This document shows positions 10,240 to 19,607 of a DNA stretch of 64,000 nt, in pieces. Source of the DNA: Pseudomonadota bacterium (GTDB lineage Bacteria; Pseudomonadota; Gammaproteobacteria; Ga0077536). Both the position numbers and the translations under genes were made by a program. Positions within the stretch are counted from its first letter, which is position 1; each line of letters begins with the position of its first letter. The notes under the pieces were generated by a model that ran no database searches, had not been told where the DNA came from, and saw only the letters and a list, made by a program, of their open reading frames with translations. The stretch lies in assembly GCA_027618655.1 (NCBI GenBank), contig JAQCEL010000002.1, positions 884 through 64,883 of the forward strand, in the 5' to 3' direction.

Positions 10240-11691
10240 TTAGTGGTAAGTATAGGACACGAACATTTCCACGACCAAGGTGTCGTCGTTGTCGCCGAAA
10301 ATATCGACAGCGGCTCGGTGGGGCGTACCCCAGGCAAAACCTAGGTAGGTATACAAACTGGCGCTCGGGTAATACTCAACTGCGAGATTTACTTCTTCCG
10401 CCCAATCCGTATCACTAACCGGGGTGCCGAAATATTGTGGAGTGTCGAGATCATGTGTGTAATACCAAAAACCGAGTGCTACGTCAGGACGCGGGTACAC
10501 TTTTAGTTTGGCCATCTGCGTGATTTGGTTTTGATTAAATAAATGGAACTCACCGGTCACTTCCCCTTGGTACCAAGTGTCCCAATCGCGCTTGAATATC
10601 GTAAAGAACAAGCCACGGTATTCTTCGTTGTCGTTTGAACCCGCCTCGTTGCCGGAAAAGTGTGAGTACCGATAAAATAATTTCGGTGTCCAGACCACGT
10701 CTGCGAATTGGTAGTTGGCCTCAACGTAATACGCGTTCGCGTTATTGTCCGCACCCGTGAGTTCACTCTTGCCACGTTCAACCACGTACTCGCCGTATAG
10801 CTTCAGAGCGTCGAGCCCTGGGATCTTGACGTCCGCCCCGCGGATACTGGCGACTTGCATGCCATCCAAATCAAGACTCTGATCGTCAACGATCTCGATA
10901 TACATTAGACCTAAGGTGCCAAATGTCTCGTTCTTGGTTGTTTCAACGTTCACTCCAACGACCCGCGCATCGCCGAGGTCGTCGTCAGTGCGCAACCAAA
11001 ATACATCGGCGCGGATCGGATCCGTATTGACGCGCACCACGGCACTGTTGCGCCACGCACTGAACGCACCGATCCAATACTGGCCGTCTGCCGCGCCCTT
11101 GTTGAAGTTACCGTCGCCAACGACGAAGCCGTCGCCGATGGTAAATTCTTGACCGCCGACTGAAATGTCGACGACATCGTTACGCCAGCCGATTTTGGTC
11201 GAATCTGTATCGATCGCTCGGTCACCAGAGCGGGCGACTTGCCCAGCCAACTCACCGTCTAAAGTCGTGGTCGCGGCGACCATTGAGAAGGTACTGTACA
11301 GTTCGCTCGTCTCGAACGCCCACTGCATATCAAACTTCGGTTTAATTCCGAGCGATAGCGCGGTGCGTTCTGTTTCTCCTGGGGTGTCGAGTGCGCCAAA
11401 CCCATAATTTATTCCCGACGCATATTGAAGGCCGCCAAGAAATTTAATTTCAGCGACGAGCTGTCGGCCATTCTCGTCGTATACGTCGAAGGCCAGCGCC
11501 CTGCCACCGACAACGAACATCAGGCATAGGCTAAGTAGACCACCAAATGGGCAACTAAGGCGAATCGAATCTTGACCTTGACGGTGAGCTTGTTTGATCC
11601 CAAGGCTCCTCGAAATTGAAAGGCGATTTTTACGAAACTGGCGACCGGAGTGTCGTGCGCCCAAACAAATTTGCGTCGCGATTGATCCCAT
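10240..11691 (-). CDS. putative outer-membrane beta-barrel porin (start uncertain)
   Basis: Long ORF rich in alternating aromatic/Gly strands, Y/W/F-rich, with the hydrophobic stretch GGLLSLCLMFVVGGRALA before FDV. It sits 22 nt upstream of the AhpD-like gene. The true start is unclear: the upstream ATG at 11691 gives a very long n-region, and GAGGAG lies just upstream of an in-frame ATC. Confidence 0.5.
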   Translation of the reverse strand: MGSIATQICLGARHSGRQFRKNRLSISRSLGIKQAHRQGQDSIRLSCPFGGLLSLCLMFVVGGRALAFDVYDENGRQLVAEIKFLGGLQYASGINYGFGALDTPGETERTALSLGIKPKFDMQWAFETSELYSTFSMVAATTTLDGELAGQVARSGDRAIDTDSTKIGWRNDVVDISVGGQEFTIGDGFVVGDGNFNKGAADGQYWIGAFSAWRNSAVVRVNTDPIRADVFWLRTDDDLGDARVVGVNVETTKNETFGTLGLMYIEIVDDQSLDLDGMQVASIRGADVKIPGLDALKLYGEYVVERGKSELTGADNNANAYYVEANYQFADVVWTPKLFYRYSHFSGNEAGSNDNEEYRGLFFTIFKRDWDTWYQGEVTGEFHLFNQNQITQMAKLKVYPRPDVALGFWYYTHDLDTPQYFGTPVSDTDWAEEVNLAVEYYPSASLYTYLGFAWGTPHRAAVDIFGDNDDTLVVEMFVSYTYH

Positions 11692-12363
11692 TAAACCGCT
11701 GGATTGAATAACGCTCGGTTCGATCGCGCATTCGTCTACCGCTCCGCACGCTTGCTGCGGCAGTATATCGAGTTTGGCATCGTAATGGTTGTAAGCAAAG
11801 AGGCCCGGCTAAGACATGAATGCTTGCGTGATCCCGCCGCTAACCAGAGAAAGCTCGTCTAAACCGACGCAAGGAGAAATTCGTAGAATTACGTGACCGA
11901 GAGCTCGTTTTAGCAGCCCTTTTGTTACGCTTTGCAAAAGGAATCACAAGTCAATGCAAAACATTGCAAGCGATCAGAATATCGTGCGTAGTCCACGTCA
12001 TGATCTCTATCTATGGTCGATATTGTTTGCTATGGACAAGAAAACCGACGACTACAATGGCGTGCTCGGCGACACCACCAAAGTGCATGATCGGATTGCG
12101 CTAGATCGCGGGGGCGTCGTGCGTCAATGTGTCGCGTTGATGAGAATCGCGTTCGTCGTATTCATGGTCTATCTGAAGTTTAGGGCCCGCGATTGGTATA
12201 CAAACCGCCACAACAAAGCGCCGCGTGGGCAAGCACGTTAAATCCCAGCAATTCGTCATCGCAACGCGATTAAGTTTTTCCAGTGATTGTTAGTTAAGAT
12301 CGCTGGCGAAACCGCGCGGCACTCCAACGCCGCGAATGACTATTGATGTGTCGAGGAAATCGC

Positions 12364-13530
12364 ATGTTTACCACTAGTATGAATTTTTGTTTAGGCGATG
12401 AAATTGAAGCGCTACGCGATATGGCGCACCGCTTCGCGCAGACTGAGATAAAACCACTCGCCGAAGAGATCGACCGAACCAACGAGTTTCCACGTGAGCA
12501 ATTGTGGACCAAATTGGGTGATCAAGGGCTGCTTGGCGTCACCGTAGAAGAAGAATATGGCGGCAGCCAAATGGGCTACCTCGCGCATTGCGTCGCGATG
12601 GAAGAGATCAGCCGCGCGTCGGCGTCGGTTGGTTTGAGCTATGGCGCTCATTCGAATTTGTGTGTCAATCAGATCCGACGGAACGGCAACACGGCACAAC
12701 GCGAAAAATACTTACCGAAACTCGTCACCGGCGAACACGTCGGCGCACTCGCCATGTCTGAACCCGGTGCTGGATCCGACGTCGTTTCAATGAAGCTGCG
12801 TGCGGATCGAAAAGGCGATTGCTACGTTTTGAACGGCAACAAAATGTGGATCACGAACGGCCCTGACGCAGATACCTTAGTGGTCTACGCGAAGACTAAA
12901 CCTGACGCAGGCCCGCGTGGGATCACCGCGTTCATTGTCGAAAAAGGCTACGCCGGATTTACCACCGCGCAAAAGCTCGACAAACTTGGCATGCGCGGCT
13001 CGAGTACTTGCGAGCTTGTGTTTCAAGACTGCGAAGTCCCAGTAGAGAACATTCTCGGCGAGTTGCATGAAGGGGTGCGCGTGTTGATGTCGGGTCTGGA
13101 CTACGAACGTATTGTGCTATCCGGGGGACCCACTGGGATCATGCTCGCTTGTCTAGATGTGGTCGCACCCTACATTCGCGAACGCCAGCAATTTGACCGA
13201 CCAATCGGTGAGTTTCAACTCGTACAAGGTAAAATGGCCGATATGTACACGACCACGAATGCGTGTCGTGCCTACGTGTATGCCGTCGCGGCGGCCGCGG
13301 ATCGAGGAGAGACGACACGTAAGGACGCGGCTGGCTGCATTCTATATGCGGCAGAGAAAGCAACCCAAGTCGCGCTTGACGCGATCCAGTTGTTGGGCGG
13401 CAACGGCTATATCAACGATTATCCGACCGGACGGTTGCTGCGCGATGCGAAACTCTATGAGATCGGCGCGGGCACCTCTGAGATCCGACGGATGCTGATA
13501 GGACGAGAAATATTCGCCGAATCGGCTTAA
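12364..13530 (+). CDS. ivd: isovaleryl-CoA dehydrogenase
   Basis: The ATG at 12364 follows [21 protein letters not shown].., [12 protein letters not shown] and [13 protein letters not shown] blocks are typical of IVD/LiuA. Confidence 0.85.
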   Translation: MFTTSMNFCLGDEIEALRDMAHRFAQTEIKPLAEEIDRTNEFPREQLWTKLGDQGLLGVTVEEEYGGSQMGYLAHCVAMEEISRASASVGLSYGAHSNLCVNQIRRNGNTAQREKYLPKLVTGEHVGALAMSEPGAGSDVVSMKLRADRKGDCYVLNGNKMWITNGPDADTLVVYAKTKPDAGPRGITAFIVEKGYAGFTTAQKLDKLGMRGSSTCELVFQDCEVPVENILGELHEGVRVLMSGLDYERIVLSGGPTGIMLACLDVVAPYIRERQQFDRPIGEFQLVQGKMADMYTTTNACRAYVYAVAAAADRGETTRKDAAGCILYAAEKATQVALDAIQLLGGNGYINDYPTGRLLRDAKLYEIGAGTSEIRRMLIGREIFAESA

Positions 13531-13599
13531 TCATCCCGCGCAATCGTTGGTTCAGAAACTAAACTTGCCAAGGTTTGAACGAAAATTTAGATCAAGGCC

Positions 13600-13632
13600 G
13601 CTACCTCGCCCGCCCTAGGGGAACGAGGTAGC
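13600..13632. terminator. 9-bp perfect hairpin between convergent ivd and the gluconolactonase-like gene
   Basis: gctacctcg (13600-13608) pairs perfectly with cgaggtagc (13624-13632). There is no strong U-tract on either side. Confidence 0.35.
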
Positions 13633-13662
13633 ACGTCGCTTGCGCGTTTCGATTGAGACGCT

Positions 13663-14763
13663 TTATTTCACCGGCGGTAGTTCATAACCGTCGTTCACCA
13701 TAGCAATCTTGTACAAACTCTTGCCCGAGGTAACGTAGAGCACTTTACGTTCTTCGCCGCGCCCGAAGCCCACGTTAGTCGGCAGTTCACTCCCGGTCGA
13801 GACGAACGCAACTTCTTCGCCAGCCGGGTTAAATATTCCGATCCCGGGACGATTCTCGGCACGCAAAGCCACGTACATATTCCCAACCGCGTCACTGATT
13901 AAACCATCCGGTCCGCTGTACGGTGCGTAATCGACTAATACGCGACGATTACTCATCGTGCCGTCGGGCGCGAGATCGTAGGCTTGTAGGACGTGGTGAG
14001 CTTGAAACGGCGGCGCCTCGCCTTTCACGATCCGATTCATATCTAACCAGCCGTTGTCGTTACTCACGACGTAAAACGTTTTTTGATCCGGCGATACCAA
14101 CACGCCGTTCGTCTTCCCACCATCTGTGATCACGCGATGCACTTTGCCATCCGGATCGAGCCGATAGACCGCGAAGCCTGGTTGCATTACCGGTTCGTGG
14201 CCGAGGTAACGCGGGTCTGAAAAATAGATCCGACCGCGCTCGTCTATCGTCACATCGTTCAGGGCGTTATAAGGTTGCCCGTCGAATAGACCGGTCAAAA
14301 TTATTGACTTGCCGGTTTTCATATCAGTGCGTACCAGCATTCGTCCGCCATAGTCCGCACCAAGCGCCGCGACCATGTTGCCCGCCGCATCGAATTTTAT
14401 ACCGTTCGACATACCGGATGGACTGCGAAAGATTTCCGCCTTGCCGGTCTGCGGGTCATATTTCCAAATGTTACCTGCTTGCAAATAGAGGCCTGATGGA
14501 TCTTTACAGCGTGAGGTAAAAGTCAGATCCGAGAAATACATGAATCCGTCGTGACCTGCCGCCACACCTTCCGTAAGCACACAGCCGCCGTCGAATACTT
14601 TCATGAGCTTGGCGCCTGCAGGTAGCACGCTTGGCTCACCGACTGGCGGCGGAAATCCCGGGTCAGTGCCAGAGTAAAATTCGGTACTGAAAGCTGGCTG
14701 CGCGACGGCGAGGACAAAAGCCAACGCGACGCATCGAACGACGGTCATTGAGTGCTGAAACAT
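13663..14763 (-). CDS. SMP-30/gluconolactonase/LRE-family protein, secreted
   Basis: 366 aa with a signal peptide (VALAFVLAVAQPAFS). The repeated propeller blades (MYFSD, IYFSDP, LYVTS) are typical of the SGL family. Confidence 0.75.
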   Translation of the reverse strand: MFQHSMTVVRCVALAFVLAVAQPAFSTEFYSGTDPGFPPPVGEPSVLPAGAKLMKVFDGGCVLTEGVAAGHDGFMYFSDLTFTSRCKDPSGLYLQAGNIWKYDPQTGKAEIFRSPSGMSNGIKFDAAGNMVAALGADYGGRMLVRTDMKTGKSIILTGLFDGQPYNALNDVTIDERGRIYFSDPRYLGHEPVMQPGFAVYRLDPDGKVHRVITDGGKTNGVLVSPDQKTFYVVSNDNGWLDMNRIVKGEAPPFQAHHVLQAYDLAPDGTMSNRRVLVDYAPYSGPDGLISDAVGNMYVALRAENRPGIGIFNPAGEEVAFVSTGSELPTNVGFGRGEERKVLYVTSGKSLYKIAMVNDGYELPPVK

Positions 14764-15069
14764 TTCATATTCCCCTATTGCTGTTGAACCATTGTTTAAC
14801 GAGGTGATGCGTTGTGTGCGGTGGGCGTCGATGCCATTGCCGACGCGGCAATGTCGTCATTGAACTTCGCAAGATCCGGGATCGCCGCCACCCGGCCTCG
14901 CGAGTATGCTTTCTTACCTGTGCGGCGAGATGGCTCACGGATACGATCACGCCCAGTGCACTAATCGACTCGACGACGAGACGCCAAGCGTCGAAATTCA
15001 ATGAATGTCTCCAATTAGAACACTTGTTGCGGGTAATTGAGCGTAAAGATGTGTGCAGCCTGATTAAGT

Positions 15070-15146
15070 TGGCGCGCCCGACAGGAGTCGAACCTGTGAC
15101 CTCTGCCTTCGGAGGGCAGCACTCTATCCAGCTGAGCTACGGGCGC
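15070..15146 (-). tRNA. tRNA-Arg (anticodon CCG)
   Basis: The reverse complement GCGCCCGTAGCTCAGCTGGATAGAGTGCTGCCCTCCGAAGGCAGAGGTCACAGGTTCGACTCCTGTCGGGCGCGCCA folds as a cloverleaf: 7-bp acceptor stem, anticodon loop CTCCGAA, GTTCGA T-loop and an encoded CCA. Confidence 0.95.
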
Positions 15147-15374
15147 GTGCTGCCCGTAACGATACAAGCAATTCGCCGATAGTGGAATCCAAACAGTTGT
15201 TTCGCGATAGCGCCGCGCCCAGCTTTCAGCATGAGACGTTGCCCCGGACAAACCGGCAGCATCACGGTCTAGTGCAGCGCGGCAATTTCGCTATAATGTG
15301 CCGCTCAAAGCGTCCGCTGTGATGCACGCTAATAATCTAGATCTTTCAGCACTCGTTCTGGTTAGGAATTGAAC

Positions 15375-16259
15375 ATGAGCCAAGTAGATGACGCCGAATT
15401 CGTCCGTAATTTTTCGCTCATTCTGGTTTTTTTGGCCGTTGTGGGGATCACAGCGTTCATTCTCGCCAAAATGGTCAACTTGGGATTTCAAGAAACCCAG
15501 AATAACGATGTCGTCATTGCCGAGCGGATTGCACCTGTTGGGCGCGTGAACGTTGGTGAACCATTCGTAGCAGCGTCAGCTTCGGGCGGCGAAATGAGCG
15601 CTGCACACACCGAGACTGCCGCTGTAGACACAGGCCCAGTCGATCCAGGTAAGGCGGCCTATGGCAAGATCTGTTTTGCTTGCCACGACATGGCGGTCGG
15701 CGGCGCTCCTAAATTTGGCGATGCGGCGGCGTGGGCAGGCCGAATGGATAAAGGCTTCGAGATGGTCACGAGTAACGCAATTAACGGTTTCACGGGCCAG
15801 TTAGGCATGATGCCCCCGAAAGGCGGCTTACCGTCACTATCCGATGACGAGGTTAAGGCGGCCGTGAAATACATGTTAGCGGCACTCGGCGGCGACAATT
15901 CGCAATCTGCGGTCGATCCCACAACGTCCCCTGAGCCAAGCGCGAGTACTGATACGACCCTAGCAACGACAAGTACTGATGCAGTCGCGCCAGTTGCTGT
16001 CGCCGATGGTCGTGGCAAGGAAATCTACGCCGGCGCGTGCTTTGTTTGTCACGATACGGGTTCCGCAGGCGCGCCGAAAATTGGCGATGCGGCGGCCTGG
16101 AGCGCGCGGATTGTTCAGGGTACGGATGCGCTATACACCCACGCGGTAAAAGGCTTCATGGGCGAAACGGGCCTGATGCCTCCGAAGGGTGGCCGCATGG
16201 ATTATTCGGACGACGACGTCAAAGCCGCTGTTGATTACATGTTAAGCGAGAGCCAGTAA
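15375..16259 (+). CDS. membrane-anchored di-haem cytochrome c (two cytochrome c5-like domains)
   Basis: N-terminal TM helix (FSLILVFLAVVGITAFILA) and two CxxCH sites (CFACH, CFVCH). Both sit in near-duplicate domains ending MMPPKGG...DDEVKAAV.YML. Confidence 0.85.
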   Translation: MSQVDDAEFVRNFSLILVFLAVVGITAFILAKMVNLGFQETQNNDVVIAERIAPVGRVNVGEPFVAASASGGEMSAAHTETAAVDTGPVDPGKAAYGKICFACHDMAVGGAPKFGDAAAWAGRMDKGFEMVTSNAINGFTGQLGMMPPKGGLPSLSDDEVKAAVKYMLAALGGDNSQSAVDPTTSPEPSASTDTTLATTSTDAVAPVAVADGRGKEIYAGACFVCHDTGSAGAPKIGDAAAWSARIVQGTDALYTHAVKGFMGETGLMPPKGGRMDYSDDDVKAAVDYMLSESQ

Positions 16260-16322
16260 ACGAGATTAACGTCGCGCCGATCCGTCGCCTTGGCCGTATC
16301 ACTCAGCAGGGCTAACCGATAA

Positions 16323-16499
16323 TTAGGCACCCTGCGATACACGGCGCTCGCTCGGCTTCAGTCGTTGCGCGGCGCCAAGGTAATCCTCATTTTCCAAGTA
16401 AACACGTGCTCGTGCTACCGCCTCACGATACCACTCAGGTCGATCGGTTGGGTCTTCGTCGTGCTCAGCAGCATTTAGTTCCTCATCAGAGAAAATCAT
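16323..16499 (-). CDS. hypothetical small acidic protein (58 aa)
   Basis: The ATG at 16499 is preceded by GGTGAGG. It lies 37 nt downstream of the hicA remnant on the same strand. No family recognised. Confidence 0.3.
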   Translation of the reverse strand: MIFSDEELNAAEHDEDPTDRPEWYREAVARARVYLENEDYLGAAQRLKPSERRVSQGA

Positions 16500-16535
16500 G
16501 ACCTCACCAGTCGATTTCCTCAACTACGAGCGAGA

Positions 16536-16708
16536 TTAGTCGGTCTGAAAATCTATCCCTTCCAAGATATCGGCAAGCTTAACTTCCACGGAAATATTTT
16601 CGTGAACCTAACGAGACTGTAGAGAAAGTTCGAAGGACCGAAAAACCACCCAATTCCGAAGTCGCAACCGAACGATTCGAGATGTCGAATCAGATCGCGA
16701 CGTTTCAT
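16536..16708 (-). pseudogene. hicA: HicA-family toxin remnant (frame shift plus in-frame TAG)
   Basis: The ATG at 16708 overlaps the hicB stop as ATGA. The first 16 codons, MKRRDLIRHLESFGCD, match the HicA/YcfA N-terminus as I remember it. The same frame then reads as W/F-rich nonsense to a TAG at 16553. Another frame gives a HicA-like tail (..R*VHENISVEVKLADILEGIDF) containing a TAG. Confidence 0.45.
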
Positions 16709-16923
16709 ACCGCGATTTCACGCTCCTCGTAGTCTTCACCGGCAGCATCCAACGCATCCGCTCGATTGAATTCCAGTGCTTCTCGAAGCGTAACTTTCAG
16801 TGAATCCATAAGTTTGTCGCGAGTTGCCTCCTGGCAATTGACACCGGGGACTTCTTCAATCCATCCGATCCACCAATCCCCTTCATGCTTTACGACGGCT
16901 GTGTAGTGTGCGTTCATTCCCAT
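16705..16923 (-). CDS. hicB: HicB-family antitoxin (single-domain, UPF0150-like)
   Basis: 72 aa. YTAVVKHEGDWWIGWIEEVPGVNCQEATRDKLMDSLKVTLREALEF follows the HicB N-domain pattern (Y.a.....dg.y.a.i.e.PG....g.T.eEa...l.eAl). Confidence 0.75.
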   Translation of the reverse strand: MGMNAHYTAVVKHEGDWWIGWIEEVPGVNCQEATRDKLMDSLKVTLREALEFNRADALDAAGEDYEEREIAV

Positions 16924-17101
16924 AGTTCAGATCGAATATTCCGTGACACATAACGCGCCGATGAGCGGCGCTGAAGTGCGCAGCACGGAAGCGTCCGCTC
17001 CATTGGCTGGTTGAACGGCACCATCGCGACCCCGGCCTCAACTGTTGCACTTGATTTCGAATTCAAAGTGGCATGCTCGTATAAAGCTCTAATATGGGCG
17101 C

Positions 17102-17413
17102 TTAATGTAAATTCCGCCGCCGTGCTATTTCTGCAAATATATTCACGAAACGGCTGGATTCAAGCTCTGAACGATCGATATCAAATGCCTCGCTAATCCG
17201 AATCCATATTTCCGACGAATCAGAAGAACCAGCATCCGTAAAATCGGCGACGTCAGATTCGTCTGTTATTAGATATTCGCCAGGCAATAGTTCGAATATT
17301 TTCTCCATAAACTCGGCGGAGATTTCATGGAATTCTTCAATCCGATCCGAGTCCGCGAACGTTATACGTTTCCCTTTGAACCGATCTTTCTTAATGATTT
17401 CGTCGTCGTCCAT
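17102..17413 (-). CDS. hypothetical acidic protein (103 aa)
   Basis: Clean ORF starting MDDDEIIKK, with about a quarter of residues D/E. No motif recognised. It lies in an AT-rich stretch. Confidence 0.4.
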   Translation of the reverse strand: MDDDEIIKKDRFKGKRITFADSDRIEEFHEISAEFMEKIFELLPGEYLITDESDVADFTDAGSSDSSEIWIRISEAFDIDRSELESSRFVNIFAEIARRRNLH

Positions 17414-17719
17414 TTATCAATGATTCTTCGCCTTCAGCCGTCTAATAGTTGTATCAATGTCACTGCGACGAAATATCCGCGACGGTTGATTTAGTTTTTA
17501 AAATTCGAACCCTATGTCGTTTATTTTTTTCAATCAAGCAGTTACTTACTATTCAGGCGAATTGTAATTCTGGGATTTACGTCGCAGCGACGCTTTTTCC
17601 ACGGCCTCGCATCGACATGCGTCTTTTTGGAACGGTGTCTCGGTGATGGTTATGTCGGGAACGTTGCCGTCGAGCAGCTATGAGTAACAAGGCAAAATTG
17701 ATACGCTGAATGCGGATAA

Positions 17720-18358
17720 ATGAATCTCATCACTCGCCTTGGATTTTGGCTAATGAATAGATCAGTTGAGCTACAGACGTTTGTCGACGTCATCCGCCAC
17801 GCTTTCGAAACTTCCAGTGCAAATAGCGCGGCGCGGCGTTTGGTCTATCGTATTTTTAACGGACTTGAGAATCCGGCAGGGAGGATAAATCCGCCGCCGA
17901 GGCAACTTCCGGTTTGCGAGCATCTCGCACCAGCATTAGATCACGCGCGGGAACAAGGCGGGGTTGCCGCGACGCTGGCGAACGCGTTGGATGCGATCTC
18001 GCCGCAGCTTGTTTGGGCACGCCGGCCGATCAGCCCCAACGACGATTCGACGTTTCAAGCGAACCATGCGAACACGGTTGTGGTTGGCGACGATGGATTG
18101 GAGCTCAGGGACGATGTTTGGATTGGCATCACGCTATTAGCGCCCGATACACGCTATCCGGACCATCGCCATCCTCCAGAAGAAATTTATGCCGTATTGT
18201 CTCCTGGTGAATGGAAACAGAACACGGGTCCATGGCATTCGCCTGGGTTTGGTGGCGTCGTGCACAACCCACCAAATATTCTTCACGCGATGCGATCAAC
18301 AGCGATGCCGTTGCTTGCGATTTGGTGTCTATGGACTGGAGAACCAGAAGAGCGCTAG
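17720..18358 (+). CDS. cupin-domain protein, possibly DMSP-lyase (DddL)-like family
   Basis: 212 aa with cupin motif 1 (YPDHRHPPEEIYAVLSPG) and motif 2 (GGVVHNPPNILHAM). The YP.H.H..EEIY pattern recalls the DddL-type family. The cupin fold is fairly clear; the DddL-like assignment is weaker. Confidence 0.45.
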   Translation: MNLITRLGFWLMNRSVELQTFVDVIRHAFETSSANSAARRLVYRIFNGLENPAGRINPPPRQLPVCEHLAPALDHAREQGGVAATLANALDAISPQLVWARRPISPNDDSTFQANHANTVVVGDDGLELRDDVWIGITLLAPDTRYPDHRHPPEEIYAVLSPGEWKQNTGPWHSPGFGGVVHNPPNILHAMRSTAMPLLAIWCLWTGEPEER

Positions 18359-18435
18359 TGTCGCCATGCGTCCCAATCGATTCGCGTTACGACAAGAAAA
18401 CTAAGTGAGCTTGCTTGAAAAATTCGTCGTGGCGA

Positions 18436-19566
18436 TTATTTTCGTTCTTCCGTCGCGCGCTCGAAGTATTGCCGATAGGCACCTTCAGATACCTGATCCC
18501 AGCTATCTAATAAATCCCGAAACGCTTCATAGTTGTCGCGTACTGCATGAAAACCCTCGTCCTTGCCGGCCTCTGCATCCAGTGCGCGTTTCGCGCTAGC
18601 GTGTAATGTGGCTAAGACGTCCTGCGGAAATTGAACGAGCTCTACATGACCGGACTCGCGAAGTTTCACGTACGCCTTGGCATTTTCAACTTCCATGCGC
18701 GCATGCAACGCCACCCCAGCGGCTGTCGCTGCTGTGTCGATAATCGTTTGCAGATGCTTAGGTAGAGATTCCCACGCGGTTTTGTTAACAATCAGTTCAA
18801 GTTGCGTACTTGGTTCGTGCCAGCCAGGGTAGTAATAATATTTCGCGGCGCGATCCAGGCCAAGGCGTACGTCATGCAACGGGCCCACCCATTCTGCAGC
18901 GTCGATAATGCCGCGCTCCAGCGCGGTGTAAACCAAGCCGCCGGAGTACAAAATAGAATTGCCGCCAGCTTCGGCAAGCGTCTTGCCACCGAGTCCCGGG
19001 ATGCGCATTTTTAAGCCTTGGAGATCGGCGGGTGAATCGATCCGCTTGTTGAACCAACCACCCATTTGCGTGCCAGTATTGCCCATTGGAAACGGCAAAA
19101 TATCAAACGGGGCATAGAGGTCTCGCCACAACTTGAGTCCGTCACCGGCATACATCCAGGCGCTCATGCCGCTCGCAGTTAATCCGAATGGCACGGCCGA
19201 CATGAATTGTGCCGCGGGTACTTTACCCGCCCAGTAGTAAGCTGCTCCATGACCCATCTGGACGGTTTTCCCGCTCGATACGGCATCGAAAACTTCGAGA
19301 GCCGGTATCAATTCACCGCCCGCAAACACTTGAATTGTGAGTTGTCCGCGGCTCATCGTTGCGACCGCGGCCGCAAATTCCGTTATCACATCATGATTGA
19401 CGGGCAGGTTCGGCGGCCAAGCGGTGACCATTTTCCATTTAAATTTTTGATCGGCAGACGCCTCGCTGGAAGGGGCCGTTGTTCCACCCCCGCACCCGTT
19501 GAGAAGAAACATATAAAGGACAAGCAGGCCGTAGCCTAGTAAGTGGCGAACAACGAATGCGAACAT
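18436..19566 (-). CDS. TRAP-transporter substrate-binding lipoprotein (DctP-related)
   Basis: 376 aa with the lipobox LLNGC. The conserved FKWKMVTAWPPNLP...AAYYWAGK blocks fit TRAP periplasmic components. No DctQ/DctM genes are adjacent. Confidence 0.8.
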   Translation of the reverse strand: MFAFVVRHLLGYGLLVLYMFLLNGCGGGTTAPSSEASADQKFKWKMVTAWPPNLPVNHDVITEFAAAVATMSRGQLTIQVFAGGELIPALEVFDAVSSGKTVQMGHGAAYYWAGKVPAAQFMSAVPFGLTASGMSAWMYAGDGLKLWRDLYAPFDILPFPMGNTGTQMGGWFNKRIDSPADLQGLKMRIPGLGGKTLAEAGGNSILYSGGLVYTALERGIIDAAEWVGPLHDVRLGLDRAAKYYYYPGWHEPSTQLELIVNKTAWESLPKHLQTIIDTAATAAGVALHARMEVENAKAYVKLRESGHVELVQFPQDVLATLHASAKRALDAEAGKDEGFHAVRDNYEAFRDLLDSWDQVSEGAYRQYFERATEERK

Positions 19567-19607
19567 AGCGATCCTTGAAGGTTAGATTTTTTTCTAATTC
19601 ACGATAA

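Noticed and set aside
11954-12241. A 95-aa ORF in the 650-nt gap between the porin and ivd, with one hydrophobic segment.
   Set aside because: It has no SD, no recognisable motif and atypical composition. It may be a small membrane protein, but I cannot support it. I also looked for a degraded MerR-type liuR here and saw none.
14764-15368. A possible genomic island integrated at tRNA-Arg(CCG).
   Set aside because: There is no integrase. I could spot no repeat of the tRNA 3' end elsewhere in the window. The flanking genes are ordinary (gluconolactonase-like, cytochrome c5).
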